A stretch of 64,000 bases of DNA from NCBI GenBank assembly GCA_039096225.1, contig JBBPEB010000013.1, positions 930,001-994,000 on the forward strand. The letters are read 5' to 3'. This DNA comes from Blastocystis sp. Blastoise (lineage: Eukaryota > Protista > Bigyra: Opalinata). This document shows positions 54,565 through 64,000 of this stretch, piece by piece. The notes under the pieces are model-generated. The model was not told where the DNA came from. It worked only from the letters and a program-made list of their open reading frames with translations, and ran no database searches. Position 1 is the first letter of the stretch. The number at the start of each line of letters is the position of its first letter. A program made the position numbers and the translations under genes.

Positions 54565-56238
54565 TTAAATGGTTGAATACTTCATAATAGTATGATGATA
54601 GAAAGGTTCACCAGCTTCTAGAGTAGAAGAAGGGAATGAAGGAGTATTAATAGCATTTGGAACATAACCTGGCTCCATACATACAGAGTAATGCTATATA
54701 TATATATATATATATAATAGAGATAGTGAATAAATAGAGATAGATTGATAATAATATATAGGATTAATATAAAGTATATTCTATATATATACAGGAGCAA
54801 AAGGAGGTTGTTCCTCAAGCCAGTTGGAAGAGTAAATAATAAGAGCAGGTTCCGTAGTGAAGAGCTTCCAACAACGACCACTCTCACCTTCATATAATCT
54901 ATATATATATATATACAATAGTTAGAGAATACAAGAAATATAGAGTTATAATAATAATAATATATATATACGTTGCAGCGTATCGAAGAATTTTCTTATC
55001 TTTACATTTATCGATTTCGTCAATAGTCTTAATTCTATAAATATTAATATAATTAATAAAATAGAGATTCATTAAACACATATAAAGAAAGATTATACAT
55101 TATTTAATGAGGAAAGCATATATATACCTATAAATATCTTTATTTTCTCTGAATCCTTCGATAGCAAATGCATGATCAATACCTGGACGTCCAGCTCCAT
55201 CAACGACACTAATAGAAGGATAGAGAGGAGTAGGAGTAGTGAAATCCATGGGTGTGTTAACAACAGGAATAGGAGTACTGTCTGGAATCTATATATATAT
55301 ATATATATATATATAGAGAATTAGAAGAATGAAGATTACATACTTGATCATCACCATCATAGTAATAATGAGAATTCATATGAAGAACCTAAAGATAATA
55401 ATAAATATAATAAGTATAAATCACAAATAATCTATACTTAGTATATTATTAAGAAATGTAAGATACTATTTTCTTAAATAAACAAAATACTACTAATAAT
55501 AAAAACTATGAATACATATATATATACATGTTTATCAACATTTCTTTTAAAATCACCGGAGAGATTCCAATAGCCATGATTTGTCATATTAACAATAGTT
55601 TTCTTATCACATAAGCCATAGAATTCATACTCAAACTCATTATTTATAGTTAATCCATAATCAGCAAACACAGTGAAATTACCAGGATACCCTTCTTCAC
55701 CATCTTTACTTACACGACTGAATAATAAACCTACTTTATTATCATGAATATAAGGCTCAACCTTCCACATTCTCTATAGAGGAATAGTGATTCATAGTAA
55801 CATACTATCCTGTACAATAATAAAAGAAGAAAGATCAATAGTGAATCTATATCATACTGTATGGAAACCGCCCTTACCGCCGTGTAAATGATTATTACCA
55901 TTATTACAAAATAATTTATAATGTTTACCTTCTAAATCAAACTCACCATGCTTAATACGGAAAGCATTTCTTCCAATAGTACAACCGAAAAAATCACTCT
56001 TATGAACAACATCATCTAATTCCTTTCGCTCAAGGATAAGCTCTTCGATTTTTCCTTGACGATCAGGACCTTGGAAAGAAACAAGAGTAGCACCATAATT
56101 GATAAACGTAGCTTGAAGTGTACCATTTGAAATAGTATATTTGAATACTTCTTCACCTGATTCTAAATTACCAAATTTCTCAGACTATACTATATTAGTA
56201 TTGTATTGAGAACAAAATAATACGCTAATAGAAAACAT
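54565..56238 (-). CDS. GALM: Aldose 1-epimerase (galactose mutarotase), multi-exon
   Basis: NYGATL, GCTIGR, HLHGG, DGEEGYPG, NMTNHGYWNLSG, GIDHAF. Confidence 0.93.
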
Positions 56239-56893
56239 TAATATATAAAATCACAAAAAAATACAAAACGTTTTTTATTCCAAAAAAAGAAATGAAATGC
56301 TTCTTTTTCCTTAATAGATATGAATCTTTTTTCAGAAGTTTTCTTTTTAGCTTGTTCTTTAATGTTATATAAGTGATATAGTTTTTAAGCTGAGGTACTA
56401 TTTGATATTCAATATTGTACTGTCCTTTTTCAGCATTGATTTCTATTAATATTTCTATGATAATGTAATTGGTTTCACGAATAACACATATAAATTAATA
56501 ATAATTATCTTGCTAAATACGAGAATATTTCTTTTATTGTCAGAAAACTCAATGAATCATATTAAACTGTCAATTCAAAAATACATTAAACAAGTTGTTT
56601 ATAAATCCTTGTTTATGATTATTAAAGTGTTTTTTTATTCAATATAATTCATATATGACCATATGAAATGTATACACTTTCGCTTAATGAAGATATTATT
56701 TAAAAGCAAGAATTAATGAATAGAAAAAAAAGAATTATTATTAAAACAAAGCACATGAAGATATGTATAGCTAATTCACATATGTATTCATATGAAATAC
56801 AGATGAAATAAAAGCAAGCAAATAAAAAATAATCTAAATACATTAAAAAATACATTCATAATGTATTGAAAACAGTAGGTTTATATATATTTA

Positions 56894-57514
56894 TTAGTTT
56901 TTAGTGCCAAACGTCCATCCTTGAATAGGAGCAGCAGCTTTAAATCCCCAATAATTAGCAGGAACAGGGTTAGGAATAACAACAGGTTCAAGTTCCTTTG
57001 GTTCTTCAACGGTTTCAGCTGATTCCTCGATCGTTTCTTTCGGTTGTTCTTCGATTTCCACGGGAGGAACAACTACTTCAGAAATAGAGTCTTTCACTTC
57101 GTCTACAGGTATTTCCTCTTTAACTTCTACTTCTACAGGTATTTCTTCTTTGACTTCTTCTTCAATCACATCTTCTTTATGTTCTAAAGCATATTCAACA
57201 GCACTATCGACAGCAACCATCAAAGTTTCTTGTTTGTTAAGATGTCTACAAGCAATGGCCATATAATTATAATACTCTGTCTTAGTAATATACTCACCCT
57301 ATATCAAATAACATAAATCAACATGAATATATATATATATATACCTTTCTATTCTTAAGAGCTGTTAATAAGGATCCTTCAGGAATAGGACTGACTATTT
57401 ATATATATAACCAAAAGAATAATAGAGAGTCATACATACTTGATCTAAAGATAGTATTACAGAAATTCTTCTTGAAAGGAGACATATCAAATTCACTATG
57501 AGATAAACTTTCTA

Positions 57515-57567
<53 letters not shown>

Positions 57568-58918
57568 TTATATTTATAAATACATCAGCTAAGAGAACAG
57601 CTAAATCATCAATACAAATACATTCTTGATTGTCTAAAAAATAGATATACTATAGAGAGAAGAAACATATGAATATATACTCATCATCTTGGATTTGATA
57701 TGGAAATAGTATTCCGTCTCTTGTTGAACGAATTCTGTCATAGGAGAAACATTATAGAGACGTTCACCAAGAATATATATATAGATATTAGGAGTAAATC
57801 TAGAGATAGAATTAAGATAATCAACCATTAATTCCTTTGTTAATACACTCTATATATATATATATATAATAAATTATAAAAGTAGAGTCTATACATTATC
57901 ATTGAAGTCATCTTCAGGAATAGTGGTGAACTATATAAAATAATAAATAAATACTAAATGTACACAATGAGTACATGGAGTATATATACCTTCTTAAGGA
58001 AATCCTTAAGATTCCCTAAGGTTCCGAAGGGACGAGGAGCTTTATAATTGGGACCATCTTCATATAAAGTGGAGGCAAGTCGGTCGATATAGGAATCAAA
58101 CTCATATTGATTGTCCTATATATAGAGAGTTATATAGATAAATATATAAATAATAGTAATTATAAAGATAATTATAAACAAATAAATATAATAAATAAAT
58201 AAATAAATAAATAAAATAAATAAATAAATCAATCAATAAATAATAATAAATAATAAATAAATAAATAAATATAATAAATATATAAATATATAAATAAACT
58301 TACATCCATCTTAAAAGAAAGAGGAGCAATCCGTAAAGAACGTAAAACAGCCATTACTTGAGGATTAGTAGCTTCTAAAGTCATTTGAGCATAAGCATCA
58401 TTACGTAAATGATAAGAATAACCAACGGCACCAACTAAAGAAGGAATTATACAAATAAATAAAGAAATAGAAAACTTACCACCAGCTAAACCAAGAGTCC
58501 AATAAGTATATTTTTTCTAGATTATCAATAAGCATATCAATAAAAAAGATCAATAAAATCATACAACTTTACTAGAAGTGGAAGCTTTTTTGCTTGATTT
58601 CTTTGAAGATGGCTTAGCAGCAACATTAGGCTGTTGATTTGCAGTTACCTTTTCATTTGGATTCTTTGAAACCTTCTTAGGAATATCCTTTTTAGCAACT
58701 TGTTCAACTTTTTCACCAATTACTTTCTCAACTTTCTTAGCAGCTTGAGAAGCTTCACCTGCAACCTCAGAGAAGAGTTTTTTCTATAATATGCAAATAA
58801 ATATAGAAATCATAATAGACATACACCAAAAACTTTTCTAGATACACTTATTGCTCTTCCTACAAACTAAATTTGAAATATAGAATACTAAATAAATTCT
58901 GCTATAAATATATACCAT
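56894..58918 (-). CDS. Multi-exon hypothetical membrane protein with a possible mitochondrial/MRO presequence and acidic C-terminus
   Basis: Basic N-terminal exons, K/A-rich linker, hydrophobic segment, E/V/P-rich tail. No family recognised. Confidence 0.55.
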
Positions 58919-59845
58919 AATATTTCAGAATCTTTAACAAGAAAAATCAAATAAACAAAATATACATCTCAAAAGAAAACAAATTCTATATTTGTTCTTC
59001 GAATTCCCTGTAATATATTACTTGTTTTGCGTATGATTTGTATTAAAATAACGGGAATAATCAAGTAATGAATAAAAAATTTTTCTTTTGTTATTTATTT
59101 TTTGTTATTCTTATATTTATCAAGAAATCGAACATGTATTTGATCATATACATATTATGCCGAAGCATTAAATGACAAAAAAACAGGTCATTCAGTTTTC
59201 ATTTGATTAATATGCTTTCAAAGAGTCTATAAAATTAGAATTTGTTTGATTATATGAATTCAAAACCTAATGATATCGATTCAAGCAACCATTCAACAAA
59301 ACAAAAAAATTGAAAAAAAGGAAAATAGAAAGCCAAGTGATCATTCAAATCCATAGAATATATAAGATAAGAAACAATATATAAATATAGAAAAAGTATT
59401 AAAAAGTGGATTTAAGTATTTCTTTTAAAAAGTTATAAATTATATATATTTATATTATTTATTTGATTACATAATTATTTTGTATAATACATAAGAATGA
59501 TAGATGAACATAAATATAAAAATATAAATAAAAAAAATATATAAATAATGAAAAATTTGTATACAAGAAGAAGAATAGATCATATGTGTTTTAATAAGCA
59601 GCGAAGATCCAAAAAACATATATATGTATATAAATCTATAAATCATAAAGATATCAAAATATAATAAAATGATAATAAGAAAAGCAAAATAAATATATAT
59701 ATATATATTATATATAAATAAATATAAAATAGTACATAGTTATTAAAATCGCAAAGAAAACCATATAAATATATCAGTATATAAATAAAAAGTAGATAAT
59801 AACGCATTCTTTTATCATTTTACACCAGTTCATATTTCCTTTTCT

Positions 59846-61129
59846 TTAAGCATCAATAGGCTTAGCTTCTTCCTTAGGAGCTTCTTCAGGAGCAGCGACG
59901 GCAGCAGTAGGTTTAGCAGCGAAGACATAAGCTTGAGCATTTCTGAAGGTAGAGCCATCGATAAGAGATTGTTGATGCATTTTATATTCAATGACCGTTG
60001 AAGGATCTAAACCTAAGATCTCCTTGAGTCTTTCACTATTTATAATATATATAGTCATATATTCAAATAGAAATAATATAATATATAGAACTATTCATAT
60101 ATAATATTTGTTAGAATAATATAGTTATGTTGTAATAATAAAATATTGAATGAGTAAAGTATACTATATATATATATACCCAATAGAAGAGAATGACATA
60201 TTACCACTATTCCAGACGCTGACCATATCCTCCTTTCCTCTTCTAGCGAGCATGACTCCTACAACATTAGGTTCTTCAAACTCCTCACCAATAGTAGCAA
60301 AACATAAATCTTGCCATAACTTTCCTAGTACTCCAGAGGTCTTCTTAACCTTCAAGATCCAACAACCACCATCGGGATAACTCTATATACAATAACATAA
60401 TATACACAATAATTAATAACAACGAATCATCATATCAATTAACATCAAAACAAATAATATATAAATATATATAATAAATACTTCCCAAGCAGGTAAAGTA
60501 GTACCTCTAAATAAATAGTAATTCATATCCTTATCCATAGCAGAAGGTCTTCTGAGATGAACGTAATATCTATATATATATATTATTATTATATATATAT
60601 TTTATTATATATATAATAAAAAAAAAATTCTGTTTTAAAACCACTTTAAAAAATATATATATTTATGTAAATAAAATACCTCCAGAAATCTTCAATAGTA
60701 TCAAATGTACCAAGAAGCTTTAAATTGTTTTTGTATTCCCTAAATGAAAAAAAATAATAAGAAAAAGAAAAACATCTAGAAATATACTTTTGTTCACCAC
60801 GCATAATTTTTCTATCATACCTAAAACAGAATTAATATATATATCACATTATATACCAAAAAGACCAAGAAGTCTCTAACTTATGTTCACCTTCCTTTTC
60901 AACTTTTTCTTCCTTAACATCAGCAGAAGTATTGTTTTCCTTTTTCTCAACATCTTCTTTATGTTCCTTTACTTCTTCTACAAAAAGAAATAATCAATAT
61001 TAATCAATCTTTTAAATGATCAAAAAAAAATGGATGTAACCAAAAAATACCTTGAGGAACTTGTTCAGATTTAACTTCTTCCTTAACCTCAGGTTGTTTA
61101 GCTTCGACAGTTGTAGCAGTAGATTCCAT
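59846..61129 (-). CDS. EIF4E: Translation initiation factor eIF4E family protein, multi-exon
   Basis: HKLETSWSFW, FDTIEDFW, PAWE, GGCW, LWQDLCFATIGE, VSVWN. Confidence 0.93.
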
Positions 61130-61349
61130 TGCACTTATAAATTGTTAGCAAAATGATATAAAAAGCAATACTTTAAAAAAGAACATTGAAAACATATTGT
61201 GTTTCTTTAGGGCCCAATTCTAAAATATTACCTCAAATTCATCTTTTTTCTGTCAGAAGATATTCATAGAATTCTAAATAGTCAAGATATATGCCTGCTT
61301 ATTCATACATTTTTTTTATAATTGAATATTCCTTCTTTTTTCTCTTATC

Positions 61350-62841
61350 ATGGTTACATTATATAAAAAAATCAAGATATGGTGGTATAATCTCGCTGCT
61401 TCAATCATTTCTTGGATTGCCATCAATGTTTGGACATTACCCATCTTCGTCTCATTTCTTGAATGGACTTCTCAATTTCAATATCTTCATGGAGTATTTT
61501 ATATTTAAATAATAACAAGTTATGATATCATAGTTAATTGAAAAAATTATCAACACTTTCAATCGTTTCGTTGAAGATTATGTTCAACAAACAGAAAATG
61601 AAGAACGTAGAGTTGCTGTAATTATTGGTGCTGACTCCGCTATTGGTTATTCACTTGCAACACAACTTGTAAAAAAGAATTTTCATGTTGTTATAGGTGT
61701 TAAAAATGCCAAAACTGGTATTTTGTATGTTTCTAATTCTATATAATTGAATTATCTTCTTTATTCATACGTATTTCTTTTGTGTAATTTTATTTATTTT
61801 TAAATAAATATATATATATAGTATGAGTCAAAAACTTCATAAGATTCGACCTTATTCTAAGATTACTCCTATTGTATTAGAAATAGGGAATCCTTATAGT
61901 GCTTTTGATGCCTCTGCTAGAATCAAACGATTATTTAAACGAATTGATGTTATTTATTTTAATAATTACTCCTTAGTTATCAATAGAGTTAATTGGCCTG
62001 TCTTATATGACGCCATCAAACGCTTCTCCTTCAATTATTTCTGTATGACTGGAAGGTATGCTATATTATTATATTATATTATTATTATATTATTATTATT
62101 ATATTTAGATCTCACCCAGGAGGTCCTATGTTCATTAGTACGGTTAACAAGGGTACAAACAGCTGTGGATTCGGTAGAGAATTCGCAGAAAGTGTTCTTG
62201 GACCTTTTATTATGATTAAAGAGCTTCTCCCTCTTATTCAGGCAGCTGATCTCCCTGGACGAATTGTCTGGAGTGTCTCCTCCTTCCTCAATCCTAACTC
62301 CTTTGATTGGCATGATCCTCAACATCTCAATGGTAATGAAGCGTTCTTCAGTAATAACTACATTATTCACCTTCTTCAGCCCATGCTGAATCGAGAACTC
62401 AGCAAGAGTCAAGTTCAATCTTACGAAGGATCACCTGGTCTTGTTCTCAGTAGTTTCTCTCCTGAAAATGTAGTTAAATTCTCTTCTTTATTCTATATTC
62501 TATCTTATTTTGTTCCTATTATTCGTGTGTCTCCCTATTACGCTTCGCGTTGTCTTCTTCATCTCGGCACACATCGTCGTGAATATGAAAAACTGCAACT
62601 CAATAAACTTTACTATATGACCAATTACTTTGGACTCAAAGAATGCACATATGTCGAAGAACCGAACTTTGCGGACTCAGCTGTCATGTACAATTGGTTG
62701 GAAGATATATATAATCGTTTACGTCAGAGTAATAGTCTATTAGAAGGACGTGTGGATGCAGCTATCAACATTTCACATGAAAACAGTATGAATACTCTCC
62801 ATCGAAGACATAGCTTAGGAACCTATCGACGCGCCAACTAA
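61350..62841 (+). CDS. SDR-fold protein, HSD17B7/3-ketosteroid-reductase-like, multi-exon
   Basis: VAVIIGADSAIG, GRIVWSVSS, FDWHDPQH; N-terminal hydrophobic exon. Confidence 0.7.
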
Positions 62842-63591
62842 ATACGCGGGAAAGAAATTCCAAAGTATAATGAAATGTTCTTTTAATGTGATTGAATTAT
62901 ATTATGTAACATTTCCTTTTTTACTCTTGGTAGAATTATCTTCTTATGCTATGTTTTCAGTAATATCTGTTTATATTTATGATATGTTTCATAATCTCTC
63001 TATTACTATTGTTGTATATGTATATATATATATATATATGTCAAATGTATGTATGTTGTTAATATGTTTAGCCTTCCTCTTTTTATATTGCTTGTCTATT
63101 TATACTTATAATTCATTATGATATCATCAAGTAAAGTATTTACATTCTTCCACTCTTTCGCATTACTGTTCTATACTTATATCTTCTACTACTCTAGGCA
63201 CTGAGATTTTTCATTTTTCTCAGGAAGAATCAAGTTTTATTATTGTTTATACATATCTTTATCTATGCATTTCGTAATTTGATGTTTTATTTTTTATTTT
63301 TTTATTTTTCTTAATGGTTATAAAAAAGTTTTATTTATAAATAAGTTTTTATAAATTATTTATAAATAATACTCTATATTATTAGTTTTTTGTTCTTTTC
63401 TTATTTATTTAACAATAAACATGTTTTAAAATATTTTCTTTTTTAAATTTGTTTTTTAATAGCAAATATATACATATGAAAGTAATATGAATCATAATAA
63501 TAATTAAAATTAATTATTTAAAGAAAAAAATGATTAAAAAACATGAAATAATAAAAAAAAAGAAAAAAATAATAATTTTTTAAAAGAAGAA

Positions 63592-64000
63592 TTATTTAGA
63601 GTTAATATTGATTCCATCGATATATTCTTTATGATTGAATATATATGTAGATAGTTGATCGAAAGTATTATTTGATGGATAGAAACAATATTCTGTATTT
63701 TCAATTGTATCAGGACTTCTATATATATAAATATGATATAGAATAATAAATATAAGTATACTTATTAATAAAATCAGAAAGAATAGTATCTTTAATTAGA
63801 ATAGAAGGAGAAGAAAATAGAGATGCTTTTGAAGATTTCTATAAATAATAAATATAATAATAAATATAATATACATAGAATTGTTTGATTCCAATCAGTT
63901 CTTGATCTCTTAGATGTAAACATATATCAAATAATTCAATAGGAAGATAAGTTGGAAAAATTGAATGTAATTTTGTCTATTGAAAATATATATATATATT
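63592..64000 (-). CDS. 3' exons of a hypothetical gene running off the window
   Basis: Last exon SPDTIENTEYCFYP...NINSK* preceded by GT-AG introns. Confidence 0.45.

Noticed and set aside
56894-58918. Naming this gene Mic60/mitofilin
   Set aside because: Only the topology is similar; no mitofilin signature is visible.

Overview
AT-rich, intron-rich eukaryotic DNA read with the standard code. The host is probably a Blastocystis-like stramenopile; this is an inference from GT-AG introns full of TA repeats and TGTTTGTT-type motifs 3' of genes. The main feature is a ~16 kb intronless, gene-dense endogenous DNA virus (~22.3-38.25 kb) of Polinton-like/virophage type. It carries two paralogous double-jelly-roll capsid-like genes, two penton-like genes, an A32-type packaging ATPase, putative core/fibre proteins and a probably truncated tyrosine recombinase at its left edge. 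No polymerase or protease is recognisable. Its right-hand 2.6 kb module is tandemly duplicated. Each copy carries a perfect heat-shock-element array (10 and 8 alternating nGAAn units) just upstream of a 55-aa acidic ORF and ends in a ~118-nt nested GC-rich hairpin. Ten of its ORFs are followed by TGTTTTGTT, a near-copy of the Blastocystis-type 3'-processing motif. Immediately to the right lie an intron-containing Crypton-like tyrosine recombinase, a Helitron-like 3' end, a non-canonical tRNA-like cloverleaf (second, covarying copy at 4.3 kb) and a 244-bp higher-order tandem repeat. Host genes: TRMO, a C2H2 zinc-finger protein, a PurD-PurN-PurM fusion, RPAIN-like, GalM, eIF4E, an HSD17B7-like SDR lacking YxxxK, and hypotheticals. 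The first 13 kb is mostly low-complexity purine or pyrimidine tracts. All calls were made by eye without searches, and exon boundaries are approximate.
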